A DNA stretch of 24,694 nt from contig DAIENX010000077.1 in assembly GCA_027340875.1 (NCBI GenBank), forward strand, positions 1 to 24,694, given 5' to 3'. The position numbers and the translations under genes are program-made. A model generated the notes under the pieces. That model did not search any database. It was not told the origin of the DNA and worked only from the letters and a program-made list of their open reading frames with translations. This DNA is from Elusimicrobiota bacterium. GTDB lineage: Bacteria > Elusimicrobiota > Elusimicrobia > Elusimicrobiales > UBA9959. Shown here piece after piece: positions 1 to 9,819 of the stretch (position 1 is the first letter of the stretch; every line of letters starts with the position of its first letter).

Positions 1-1
1 C

Positions 2-2908
2 AACGAGGTCTACGCGGCCGGCGCCACCGCGGCCGAGGACTGGGTGGAGCTCTTCAACAACACCGCCTCCACGATAACCCTGACCGGCTGGAAACTGGTC
101 TACGATCAGGGCTCCATAGACCTGCCGGGACTTGAGACCACCGTCTGGACCGGGACCAGCGTGGATACGGTGAACGTCAACGGCTTCTTCGCGGCCGCCC
201 CGTCGCTGGACCTCAACGGCGCGCAGAGCTATCACCTGATCCTGAAGGACTCCGGCGGCAACGTGGTGGACAGGGTGCAGTGGCCCGCGCTGCAGTCCGG
301 CCGCTCGTTCGCGCGCGTCACCGACGGCAACGCCGACTACTTCGACGCCGATCCCACTCCCACGAAAGGCTACGCCAACGCGATAGCCACCGATCCGGTC
401 AAGATAAACGAGGTGGCCTACGGCGCCCTCGCGGACCAGTTCATAGAACTCTACAATACCGGCGCCTCCACGCCCGCGCTGGCCGGCTATTGCCTGCGCG
501 GCTCGTACAACGGCCGCTTCAGGTTCACCAGGAATATCTACGCCCGTTCCTACGCGCTGATAGACGCCTCCTCCCTCAGCGACGAGGCCCTGCCCTACGC
601 GTCGGTGTTCGGCGCCTCCGGCCTGAACCCCGCCGGGGACTTCGTGGCGCTGGAGAACGCGGCCGGGCAGACCGTGGACCGGGTGACCTGGCAGTCCGGC
701 GCTAATTACTCGCTGCGCAACTACAAGTCCGCCCTGGTCAGCGCCGCGGCCTGGGCGCCGGCCAACGCGTCCGGCTCCATAGGCAGGAGCCCTTCGGAGG
801 GGTCCGACACCGGCAGCAACGCCGCCGACTTCGCGGCTTTCGCTTCCGCCACGCCGGCCTCGCGCAACAACGGCGCCGGCCAGGGAGCGGCGAATACGCT
901 GGCCTATCCCGCGGCCTCGCAGATACTGCCGCGCCGGTTCCCGCTGCGGCTGACCCTCGGCGCCGATTCCTCGTCCGGTACCGGCAACTACCTGGTGCTT
1001 ACGCGCACCGGCGGCGCGGCGGACAACTACTCGCCGCATCTCTACCGGCTGGCCGACATCGGCTTCGCCCCGGCCTCGCTGGCCGCCCAGTCCACCTCGC
1101 AGCTGGGGATATCCTTCTACGACCAGGACGGCCGCGGCCTCTCGGACGGCGCGGCGTACAAGCTCGTCCTGAACACCGACAACGGGGCGGTCTCCGCCCC
1201 GCCCGTGGTACGCGCGGGCGTGACCTACGACGCCGCAGTGCATTCCGTAAGCGCCGCGCCCACCGCGCCGCTGAGGCTGGGCGAGGGCTATTCGGGCTCG
1301 ATGGTCTCCATCAAGGTGGACGATACGAGCCTTTCCGGGCGTAATTCGGTGGCGCTGGCGAGCGTCACCGTGCGTCTGCTGGACCCCGGTCTCGTTCCTC
1401 TGAACACCGCCCAGGCCAGGAGCCTCTTCTCCGGCGTTTCCCTGGTGAAGGACTCGGCCGGAGGCACCAGCGGCCTCTACGAGTCGGGGTTGGACATCCA
1501 GGTGGCCGCCTCGCTGCCGAACGCCGGCATCACGCTGGACGCCTCCGGAACGCTGCTGCTGCCGGTGCCGCCGGCCGCCGCGGCCTGGACGCCTGCCGCC
1601 TCCACGGCGGCCTACTTCGTGGTCTTCACCGCCGCGCAGTACGCCTCCACGCAGACGCCCAACGCGTTCCGCGTAAGCTTCGATCCCGCCACGGACCTGG
1701 TGCTGACCGACGCCCCCAGCGCCGAGCCGCAGGCGCCCGCGGCCGGCGCGGCGGTGCAGACCTCCTCCACGGTCATCATGGTGTCCGCCAAGCCGCCCGC
1801 TGGCACCTTCTGGCCGTTCGACGCGGGCACGCAGGCCGGCGTGACGGCGCCAGTGGATTACTACACCGGCGGCCTGGTGCAGTCGGCCGTCTACGTGCCG
1901 GGACTGGACGGCACACTGCGCGGGCTGAGGCTGGACGGCACTTCCAAGTGGGATTTCCTGACCTTCCCGCTCAGTTCCGTGAAGACCTCCCCGATGGTGC
2001 GCGAGGAGTCCGGCGGCGTATACCTTTACTTCGCGGACGTGGCCGGCGACATCTACAAGATCAGGGACAACGACGCCTCCTCGCAGCAGATCTGGAAGCG
2101 CCAGCTCGGCGTTTCGGTGGTCTCCAATCCGATAGATTCCAGCGCCAAGCTCTATTTCGGCGCCGCCGACAACAGGGTCTACTGCCTCAACAAGGCCGAC
2201 GGCTCCGACTGCCTCGGCTGGACCTACGACGCCGGCTTCACCGCGCCGATCTCGGGCACGCTGGCGCTGGACGACCGCACGCCGGGAGTGAACGCCTCCT
2301 GGATAGGCCTGGAGGACGGCAAGGTGGTGCGCTTCCTTACCGCTTCTGGGGCCATCTCCAGCTGGTTCCAGACCGGCGGCGCCATCAAATCCTCGCCGTT
2401 CGCCGACGCCGCCTACCTGGGAGGCAACAACCTCTATATAACCTCCACCGACGGCAAGCTCTACGCCAGGACCTCGGCCAATCTGACCACTCAGCCGGCG
2501 AACTGGATGGACTTCGTTTCCGGTTCCCCGATCTACACCTCGCCGTTCAAGGACCTCGATACCGGCAAGTACGTGTATTTAGGCAACGATGCCGGCAGGT
2601 TCTACAAGGTGGACGCGGCCAGCGGCACGGAGGTCATGAGCTTCCAGGCCGGCGGCCCGATACGCTCCTCGCCGGTAGTGATCCCCGGGACGTGGCTGGG
2701 TCTGCCGGCCGGAGAGGATTACGCCTATTTCGGCTGCGACGACGGCTATATCTACGCGGTGAACGTGAATACGGGCCAGTTGAGGACCGGCTGGCCCGTG
2801 CCCACCGGCGGGCCGGTGCGCGCCGATCCCGTGATAGACACCGGCAGCCTGACGCTGATAGTCGGATCTTCGGACGGGAAGACCTACGTGCTGTACATCG
2901 GGCCCTGA
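2..2908 (+). CDS. Large surface/secreted protein with lamin-tail domains and a C-terminal PQQ-like (BamB-type) beta-propeller; 5'-truncated by the window edge
   Basis: Frame is open from base 2 (NEVYAAGATAAEDWVELFNN), so the GTG at 44 is internal. Two lamin-tail-like motifs (NEV...WVELFN; KINEV...FIELYN). C-terminal repeats such as LYFGAADNRVYCLN, YFGCDDGYIYAVN, IVGSSDGKTY. Confidence 0.85.
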   Translation, partial: NEVYAAGATAAEDWVELFNNTASTITLTGWKLVYDQGSIDLPGLETTVWTGTSVDTVNVNGFFAAAPSLDLNGAQSYHLILKDSGGNVVDRVQWPALQSGRSFARVTDGNADYFDADPTPTKGYANAIATDPVKINEVAYGALADQFIELYNTGASTPALAGYCLRGSYNGRFRFTRNIYARSYALIDASSLSDEALPYASVFGASGLNPAGDFVALENAAGQTVDRVTWQSGANYSLRNYKSALVSAAAWAPANASGSIGRSPSEGSDTGSNAADFAAFASATPASRNNGAGQGAANTLAYPAASQILPRRFPLRLTLGADSSSGTGNYLVLTRTGGAADNYSPHLYRLADIGFAPASLAAQSTSQLGISFYDQDGRGLSDGAAYKLVLNTDNGAVSAPPVVRAGVTYDAAVHSVSAAPTAPLRLGEGYSGSMVSIKVDDTSLSGRNSVALASVTVRLLDPGLVPLNTAQARSLFSGVSLVKDSAGGTSGLYESGLDIQVAASLPNAGITLDASGTLLLPVPPAAAAWTPAASTAAYFVVFTAAQYASTQTPNAFRVSFDPATDLVLTDAPSAEPQAPAAGAAVQTSSTVIMVSAKPPAGTFWPFDAGTQAGVTAPVDYYTGGLVQSAVYVPGLDGTLRGLRLDGTSKWDFLTFPLSSVKTSPMVREESGGVYLYFADVAGDIYKIRDNDASSQQIWKRQLGVSVVSNPIDSSAKLYFGAADNRVYCLNKADGSDCLGWTYDAGFTAPISGTLALDDRTPGVNASWIGLEDGKVVRFLTASGAISSWFQTGGAIKSSPFADAAYLGGNNLYITSTDGKLYARTSANLTTQPANWMDFVSGSPIYTSPFKDLDTGKYVYLGNDAGRFYKVDAASGTEVMSFQAGGPIRSSPVVIPGTWLGLPAGEDYAYFGCDDGYIYAVNVNTGQLRTGWPVPTGGPVRADPVIDTGSLTLIVGSSDGKTYVLYIGP

Positions 2909-2951
2909 GACTGTCGGCGGCGCTGGAACGTTGTTTTTTTAGGAAAGCTAT

Positions 2952-5900
2952 ATGAAACGGCTCATCTGCGCGTTCTTTATGGCGGCCTTGCCGCTCTCGT
3001 ATAACTGCGCCGCCTTCGCGGCCGACTGGCCGATGTTCAGGGCCGACCGGGCCCGCACCGGTTATCTGCCGGAGCAGGCCTATCCGCCGCTGACGCAGAT
3101 GTGGGAGTTCCAAGTTCAGGGCGACGTGGTGGCGGGCCCGGTGGCAAGCGGCGGAATGGTCTACGCGGCCGCGCGCTCCGGCAGCGTCTACGCGCTGAAC
3201 GCGTACACAGGCGAGCTCATCTGGGACTATTCCACCAACGACTGGGTGGACGCCCCCCCGACCGTGTCCAGCGGGACGGTGTACGTGCCGTCGAGGGACG
3301 GGCATCTATACGCGCTGGACAGGCTGACCGGCGGCGTCCTCTGGAGCGCCGCTCTCGGAGGCCCGTCTATCTCCAGCCCGCTGGTGCTGGACGGCAAGGT
3401 GTACGTGGGCGTCGGGGCCCCGCAGAACATGCTGAAAGCCTTCGACGCCGCCACCGGCGCCCCGCTCTGGCAGTACGCGGCGCTGAGGCCGCAGCCGGTG
3501 GAATCGGCCCCGTCCACGGACGGCCGTACTGTCTATTTCGGCTCCAACGGGGGGAGGGTCTACGCGCTGGAGAAGGACACGGGCCAGCCGGCCTGGACCT
3601 TCTCCGGTACGCAACAGACCATGGGGAGCTTCGGCAGCGGCGCGCTGCCGGTCAGCAGCGGGTCCGTTTACGCCCTGCCGGGCCACGACGAGAGGAGGCT
3701 GCTGCGCTTTTCGGCCGCTGACGGCAATCAGACCGCCGAGAGCGCCCCGTTCGCCGAGCTCGTAGGCCAGGCCAGCGAGAACGAGGTGACCACCCCCGTG
3801 ATCTCTCCGTACGGCGTGTTCGCCGGGGCCGGTTCGCGCCCGCACCATATCTACGCCTTCGACCCCTAGTCGCTCTCCGACATAGCCTTCAGTTCCCCTT
3901 CGGCGGGCGGGACGCTGGCCTTCGGGGTGCTCTCGTCGCCCTCTATGGCCAACGGCGTGATGTATCTGGGCACGGTGGACGCCCGGATGCTGGCCGTCAG
4001 CTCTTCCGGCGCCGTACTGCAGTCCCTGGCGGTCTCTTCGTCGGTCTATACCTCCCCGGCCGTTTCGAACGGCTGGGTCTACGCCGGCACCATGGGCGGG
4101 ACCGTTCTGGGCTTCAAGGCCGCCCTCGCCGCCTCCATCTCCTACCCGGCGACCTACCAGGTGGTGGACGGCACGGTGCCGGTGCGGGGCTGGCTGCGCA
4201 ACCCGGCCCTTTCCGGCTACCTGCTGGAGTACGGGCAGGGTGAGGCGCCGGCGTCGTGGACCACGCTGGTCTCCACGACGGCCTCCTCCGAGGTGTCCGG
4301 CGGCCAGCTGGGCTCCTGGGACGTCACCGGGCTGGCGAACGGGCTTTACACGCTGCGGCTGACCGCTTCGGAATCGTCGCCGTCGGGTTCGCTGCCGCGC
4401 GGCATGGTCACCGCGAGAGTCAACCACAGGCCTCAGCCGCCCGTCTCGCTAGCCGCCGCGGACAATCCCGGAGACAGCGGCAACAGGCTGGCGCTGTCCT
4501 GGACGGCTTCGCCTTCGTCGTGGGTGACGGCCTATAACGTCTACCGTGCCCCTGCCGGAGGGGGGTTCTCCTATCTGGCCGGCGTCAGCACCCCGGCCGT
4601 GAGCTATCTGGACGCCACCGCAGTGACTGGCTCTACCTTCACTTACGCGGTCCGCGCCTTCGACGGCTACGATGAATCCGCGGATTCTCCGTACGTATCC
4701 GCTTTCTCCGTCAACGATAATCCCTCCTCCGATGTCGTGGCCCCGTCGGCTCCGCACGCCCTGGCCGCCGCGCCCGGCGCGGCCGGAGGCTCGGTGGACC
4801 TGTCCTGGACTGCTCCGGGCGGCGATGGCGACGTAGGCGCCGCCGCCGGTTACGAGATACGCTACGCCACCTGGCCTTCCTTCGACTGGGCCACGGCCGC
4901 GGTCTGGAAGAGCACGCGTGCCGCGTCAGGACCCTACGGCACGGCCGAGATCGAAACGGTGCGCGGCCTGTTCGGAGGGGTGACGTACTATTTCTCGCTG
5001 GAGGCCTACGACCTCAATTCCAACTATTCCGTTCCCTCCGCCGCCGTTTTCGCGGCGGCGACGCGCGACCTTGTCGCGCCGGGGGCCCCGGGCGGGCTTT
5101 CCGTGGCCGATAGGCCCGGCGACCACGGCGGGGCGCTGACGCTGTCCTGGACCCGCTCCGCGGACGACGGCGCCGGGGCCGGCGACGTCTACGGCTACAG
5201 GGTGTTCCGGGCCCTTCACTCCGGAGTGCAGCTTTCCACCTCTCCTTACGCCGAGGTGGGCGCCGGTACGGCGGTCTATACCGACACGTCCGCCCCGTCG
5301 AACCTTAAGTTCTATTATGCCGTGGCGGCGTTCGACAGCACCAACCTTTCCACCGCGACGGCCGAGGCCTCCGGCATCTCCGCGGACAACTGGCGGTTCT
5401 TCGACAAGTCCAACGGCGGCTCGGTGCGGCTGACCGACGGCGCGGAGGTCAGCATCCCCGGAGACGGCGCCTCCCAGAACGACAACCTGCTGGTGACCCG
5501 GTTGGACCAGGCCGAGTATTTCGGGACCTCGGCGCGCGTGAAGGCGGACACCGGCGGCGCCAGGCCCACCGGCATAGTCTACGAAGTGAAGTTCGAGAAT
5601 CCGTCCACGACGCTGCTGAAGCCGGCTGTGATCTATCTTCCCTACACCGACGCCGAGACCGCTTCCGTGCCGGCGGCGAGCCTGCGCGTCTATCTGCTCG
5701 ACGGCGCGCGCTGGGTGCTGATGAACACTTCCAAGGCGCTGCCGGAACAGCATAAGGTCAGCGCCGAGGTCAAGCATTTCTCCGTGTACTCGCTGCTCGG
5801 CTACGTGCCTTCCGGGGCGCTGCTGACCTCCGACCGGGTCTACACCTATCCCAATCCGGCCCGCGGAGATACGCTGACGTTCAGGTTCCTGCCGGCTGAC

Positions 5901-6104
5901 AACTCCGACGTGACCATCGACGTGTACAACGTGGCCGGCGAGAAGGTGGCCAGGCTGGCCAAGGACTCCTGTCCTGGCGGCGTGACCTCGGAGATAGTCT
6001 GGCGCGTGGCCAACGTGGCCAGCGGGGTGTACGTGTACCGGCTGGAGGCCAGGAGCCCTTCGGGCACCAAGTCGATCACCAAGAAGCTCGCCATAGTACA
6101 TTAA
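2952..6104 (+). pseudogene. Single ~1050-codon gene interrupted by one in-frame TAG (3867-3869): signal peptide, PQQ-like beta-propeller, Fn3-like repeats, ZU5-like domain, T9SS type-A-like C-terminal sorting domain. Nonsense allele, readthrough or sequence error
   Basis: ORFs 2952-3869 and 3927-6104 share a frame, and the 19 codons between them are stop-free (SLSDIAFSSPSAGGTLAFG). The first part has a signal peptide plus DWPMFRADRARTG. The second starts mid-propeller (LSSPSMANGVMYLGT) and ends YTYPNP...IDVYNVAGEKV...SGVYVYRL...TKKLAIVH. Confidence 0.7.
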
Positions 6105-6120
6105 AGGGAAGGACCAGGGG

Positions 6121-7656
6121 ATGGATATGCCGAGAGAAAGCGAATCGAAGAGGACGTGGCAGACGGCCGCCGCGCTGCTGGCGGCCGTATGCCTCTGCGC
6201 AACGGCCGCGGATTCCCGCGCGGCCAGGATCTACCCTTCCGCCGGCACCACCTCCGCCGCCTTCCTGAAGATAGGAGTGGGGGCCCGGCCCTCAGCTATG
6301 GCCGGGGCCTATACCGCCCTTTCCGACGACGCCTACGCCGTTTACTGGAACCCGGCCGGTCTGGCGCTGGGCCCGGGCAAGACGCTGGTCTTCACGCACA
6401 ACGACTACTTTCAGGGACTGGGGCAGGAATATTTCGGCTTCACGCTGCCGGGCGAGGAGACCGGCCTGTTCAAGAGCGGCCCGCTGGCGCGCGGCACGCT
6501 GGGCCTGGGTCTGGACTATTTTTACACGCCCAAGGACCTGGAGCGGCGCAGCGGCCTCAACGAGGCCGACCCGCTGGTCCCGATCTCGCCCGTGGAGGGG
6601 AAGTTCAGCGCCTACGACATGGCCTTCTCGGCCGCCTACGGCTTCAGCTACAGCCAGGACCTGCGCCTGGGCGCGGCCCTGAAGTTCATCCGCCAGAGCA
6701 TAGACAACGACGCAGGCAACACCGTAGCGCTGGACCTCGGCGCGCTCTATGATTTCAACTGGCTGGACAGGCAGTTCACCGCCGGTTTCGCGGTGCAGAA
6801 CTTCGGGCCTGGAATAAAGTTCGTTTCCCGGAGTTTCGACCTGCCGCTGACCTTCAGGGCCGGCGTCTCCCACCGGATCTATCAGAAGGGATTGCTGCTC
6901 TCGGCGGACCTGGTCAAGCCGATAGACAACTACCCGTCGCTGGCGTTGGGGCTGGAGCACCCGCTGCCCGGCGGCCTGGCCCTCAGGACCGGCTACCGTT
7001 ACCGCCAGCACGGTAACGAACTGGGAGCCTGGTCCGGCTTCGCGGCGGGCCTCGGCTTCGTCTACAACCAGCTCAGCTTCGACTACGCTTTCTCCCCGTT
7101 CGGCGATCTCGGCTCTGCCCACCGCGTCTCGCTGGCTTTCAGGTTCGGGGCCCCGCCCAAAGCGGCGCCCAAGCCGCCTACCGGAGCGGAGCCGGCCGCG
7201 GAACGGGTAGAGGGAGCGGCCTTAAGCTACGAGGTCACGCTCCTGCCGCTGAAGATCTCCAACCTGAGCGCCGAATTCGAGGTAAAGGCCTTTTCCGACA
7301 AGGCGGCGCTCAGCGGCATGGAATTCAGGACCAGGCAGCGCGGCGGAGGAGAGCCGCGGCTGGAGGTGATGGAAGGCGCTTTGCCGCCGGGACTGCGCGC
7401 GGCCCTGCCCGGCGGCTTCACGCCGCTCGCGGCCTGGCAGCTGGGTTCGGGCTTTGCCGGGGTCAGCGGCGATATCAGCATGACCTTCCGCTTCCTGGAG
7501 CCGGCCGTTAACTCTGGCGAGACCTGGTTGTTCTATATGACCTCTTCCGGCTGGCGGCGGGTGCCGGCGGAGAAGGGGGGCTGCGACGGAGGGATCTGCG
7601 AGCTCTCCGGGAAGGTTCCGCTTAGCTCGCATTACGCGCTGGCCGTGAAGAACTAG
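6121..7656 (+). CDS. PorV/PorQ-like (UPF0164/FadL-related) outer-membrane beta-barrel with a C-terminal extension
   Basis: Signal peptide, then FLKIGVGARPSAMAGAYTA...AVYWNPAGL, typical of the PorV/PorQ family. Barrel ends DYAFSPFGDLGSAHRVSLAFRFG, followed by a Pro-rich linker and an extra domain. Start could be 6127. Confidence 0.8.
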   Translation: MDMPRESESKRTWQTAAALLAAVCLCATAADSRAARIYPSAGTTSAAFLKIGVGARPSAMAGAYTALSDDAYAVYWNPAGLALGPGKTLVFTHNDYFQGLGQEYFGFTLPGEETGLFKSGPLARGTLGLGLDYFYTPKDLERRSGLNEADPLVPISPVEGKFSAYDMAFSAAYGFSYSQDLRLGAALKFIRQSIDNDAGNTVALDLGALYDFNWLDRQFTAGFAVQNFGPGIKFVSRSFDLPLTFRAGVSHRIYQKGLLLSADLVKPIDNYPSLALGLEHPLPGGLALRTGYRYRQHGNELGAWSGFAAGLGFVYNQLSFDYAFSPFGDLGSAHRVSLAFRFGAPPKAAPKPPTGAEPAAERVEGAALSYEVTLLPLKISNLSAEFEVKAFSDKAALSGMEFRTRQRGGGEPRLEVMEGALPPGLRAALPGGFTPLAAWQLGSGFAGVSGDISMTFRFLEPAVNSGETWLFYMTSSGWRRVPAEKGGCDGGICELSGKVPLSSHYALAVKN

Positions 7657-8465
7657 TATTCCCCCAGCGTGCCGGCCTTCCTGGCGCGGCGCACCGAAAG
7701 ACCGAACAACCAGACGGCGGCCGGGGCGAGCGCCGCGTCGAAAGCGGCCAGCGCCAACAGGTCGCCTTTTATCGCGCCCAGGCCCGACCCGCCGTTCAGC
7801 GCCAGTTGGAAGGCCCTCACCGCGTAGGTGACCGGCAGAAGCTTCGATACCGCCAGCAGCCAGCCAGGCAGCACCGTTACCGGGAAGTACACCCCGCCGA
7901 GCAGCCCCTCGAAATTGTTCAACAGCCAGGCCGCCGGGTTGCCGCGCTTGTACAGCATCACGAAGCAGGACGAGATCACACCGAGGGACGCGAAAGCGGC
8001 CGCCGAGAGCAGGAAGACCAGCGCGGCGGCCAGCCAGTTCGCCTGCGGGAAGCGCAGGCCGAAGACGAAGAAGCCGGCCAGCGCGTAGACCAGCAGCTCG
8101 AACGTCGCGAAGACGAAGTTCCAGGCCGACAGCGCGGCCAGCAGCGGCAGCGTGCCCAGCGGGGTGGAGAGCGCCGCCTCCAGCGTGCCCTGGGTCTGCT
8201 CCAGGCGCAGCCTCTCGGCGTACGAGCCGGCCCCGGTACCTATGTAGCCGAAGAAGGCCAGCGACGCGAAGGCGTAGGCGAAGTAGCTGCAGCGGTAGGG
8301 CGCGAGGTCGGGCGCCAGAGCGTCCCCGAACAGGCGGCCTATGAAATAGAAGACGGCGAGGTTCGCCAGCGAGGCCAGCGCCCCGAGCGCGAAAGACAGG
8401 CGGTAGCTGCTCTCCGTCAGGAAGTCCCGCCTGACGAAAGCGAGGATCAGACGCGCAAGGCTCAT
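7653..8465 (-). CDS. ABC-2 type transporter permease
   Basis: About six hydrophobic segments, with E..QGTLE and GVYFPVTVLP.WL...LLPVTYAV motifs. Overlaps the ATPase gene by ATGA; its stop overlaps the convergent barrel gene's stop (CTAG, 7653-7656). Confidence 0.9.
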   Translation of the reverse strand: MSLARLILAFVRRDFLTESSYRLSFALGALASLANLAVFYFIGRLFGDALAPDLAPYRCSYFAYAFASLAFFGYIGTGAGSYAERLRLEQTQGTLEAALSTPLGTLPLLAALSAWNFVFATFELLVYALAGFFVFGLRFPQANWLAAALVFLLSAAAFASLGVISSCFVMLYKRGNPAAWLLNNFEGLLGGVYFPVTVLPGWLLAVSKLLPVTYAVRAFQLALNGGSGLGAIKGDLLALAAFDAALAPAAVWLFGLSVRRARKAGTLGEY

Positions 8466-9133
8466 TGCCCGCCCCCGCCGCGCACGCGGCCTTTTTCCAG
8501 AGCCGCCACCCTGGGCGCGGCCTCGCGCAGCAGGCCCGGGGAATGCGAGGAAAGGATAACCGACGCCCGCCTGCCGCGCTCCTCTATCAGCCCCAGCAGG
8601 CCGTTGACCGCGGCGGGGTCCAGGCCGCGGAAAGGCTCGTCGAGCAGCAGGAAGACCGCGGGGCGTGAGAAGGCCCGTATCAGCGATACCTTCTGCATAT
8701 TGCCCTCTGACAGGCGGTCGAAGCGGCGTTCCAGCTCCGCCTCCGGCAGGCCCAGCCTGGCGGCCAATTCCCGGGCCAGCGGCAGCGAACGAGCCGGCTC
8801 CAGCCCGGCCAGCGAGCCGAAGAAGCGCAGGTTCTCGGCAGCGCTCAGGCGGAAGTAGAAGCTCCTGGGATTGGGAGGGCAGAGGGAGACTAGCTTCCTG
8901 AGGTCGGCGGGGCCGGACTGCCTGCCGCCGGAGCTTATGCTCCCGCCGTCGGCCTCCAGAACCCCGGCCAGGGTCTTGAACAGGGTGGTCTTGCCGGAGC
9001 CGTTGGGGCCTTCCAGGCCAAGCACGCCCGGCCCGGCCGCCAGGTCCACGCCGTCCAGCGCGCGCAGGGCGGCGCCGCCGCTGAACGGCGGCGGCGGGAA
9101 GACCTTGACCAGCCCGCGGGCTTCCAGTATCAC
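8462..9133 (-). CDS. ABC transporter ATP-binding protein
   Basis: Walker A GPNGSGKTT, signature-like LSEGN, Walker B LLLDEP, H-loop SSH. GTG start. Confidence 0.9.
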   Translation of the reverse strand: MILEARGLVKVFPPPPFSGGAALRALDGVDLAAGPGVLGLEGPNGSGKTTLFKTLAGVLEADGGSISSGGRQSGPADLRKLVSLCPPNPRSFYFRLSAAENLRFFGSLAGLEPARSLPLARELAARLGLPEAELERRFDRLSEGNMQKVSLIRAFSRPAVFLLLDEPFRGLDPAAVNGLLGLIEERGRRASVILSSHSPGLLREAAPRVAALEKGRVRGGGGQ

Positions 9134-9139
9134 GCTAGT

Positions 9140-9150
9140 ATCATAGCACA
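9140..9150 (-). promoter_or_regulatory. Extended -10 promoter (TGTGcTATGAT) for the ABC operon, probably leaderless
   Basis: Minus strand reads TGTG-C-TATGAT-actagc-GTG: 6 nt separate the -10 from the start codon, and there is no SD. Confidence 0.55.
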
Positions 9151-9208
9151 GAGGCGCCCGCGGGCAGAAGCCGGACCGGGGCGCCTTTCGCCGGCGGTCC
9201 TTTTATTA

Positions 9209-9217
9209 TGATAAAAT
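9209..9217 (+). promoter_or_regulatory. Extended -10 promoter (TGaTAAAAT) for the hpf-PTS cluster
   Basis: TG-N-TAAAAT inside an AT-rich patch (9201-9226) in GC-rich DNA, about 65 nt upstream of hpf. Confidence 0.5.
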
Positions 9218-9281
9218 ATATAGATAACTCCGCCCCTGAAGCGGGGGAGTCTTTATTTTAGCAACGGCAGCATGGAGGATA

Positions 9282-9806
9282 ATGATGAGAATACATATAG
9301 TGGCCCGCAAAATTAAGATGACCAAGCCGATAAAGGAGTTCATCGAGAACAAACTCGAGAAGCTCCACGAGTACCTGGACAACATAGTCTGGGCGCAGGT
9401 CATAGTTTCCGTGGAGAAGAAGATCCACGCCGCCGAGGTGATCGTGCACGCCGGCCACCAGACGATGAAGGCCGCCGCCGAGTCCGACGAGATGTACTCC
9501 GCCATAGACAAGGCGATGGACAAGATGGAGTCGCAGGTTAAGAAGTACAAGGAGCGCTTCACCGACCACCACGCCGCCGAGGTCGCCGACCTGGGCGAGT
9601 TCACCACGCTGGTCGGCCCCGAGATCCGCTTCTCCGTGGTCAAGGACGTCCCGCTGAAGCCGATGAACAAGGAAGAGGCCGTCATCGAGATGGAGAAGCT
9701 CGGCTTTAACTTCTGGATGTTCCAGGACAGGGGCTCCAAGCAGCTGCAGGTGGTCTTCAAGCGGCTCGACAGCACCTACGGGCTGCTGCAGCCGGTGAAG
9801 AAATAA
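9282..9806 (+). CDS. hpf: Ribosome hibernation promoting factor, long form (RaiA/S30AE)
   Basis: Motif EMYSAIDKAMDKMESQVKKYK and C-terminal KPMNKEEAVIEME..GFNFWMF domain. SD GGAGG at 9274-9278; true start may be 9285. Confidence 0.93.
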   Translation: MMRIHIVARKIKMTKPIKEFIENKLEKLHEYLDNIVWAQVIVSVEKKIHAAEVIVHAGHQTMKAAAESDEMYSAIDKAMDKMESQVKKYKERFTDHHAAEVADLGEFTTLVGPEIRFSVVKDVPLKPMNKEEAVIEMEKLGFNFWMFQDRGSKQLQVVFKRLDSTYGLLQPVKK

Positions 9807-9819
9807 GCGGCGAAGCCCG

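Noticed and set aside
2909..2945. Terminator after the first gene (T-run at 2934-2940)
   Set aside because: No convincing stem precedes the T-run; more likely an unstructured region ahead of the next RBS.
3867..3869. Genome-wide TAG reassignment
   Set aside because: Several conserved genes (hprK, lepA) end at TAG at their expected length.
9236..9246. CTGAAGCGGGG shared with 20938-20948
   Set aside because: An 11-nt match with unrelated flanks; plausible by chance in GC-rich DNA.
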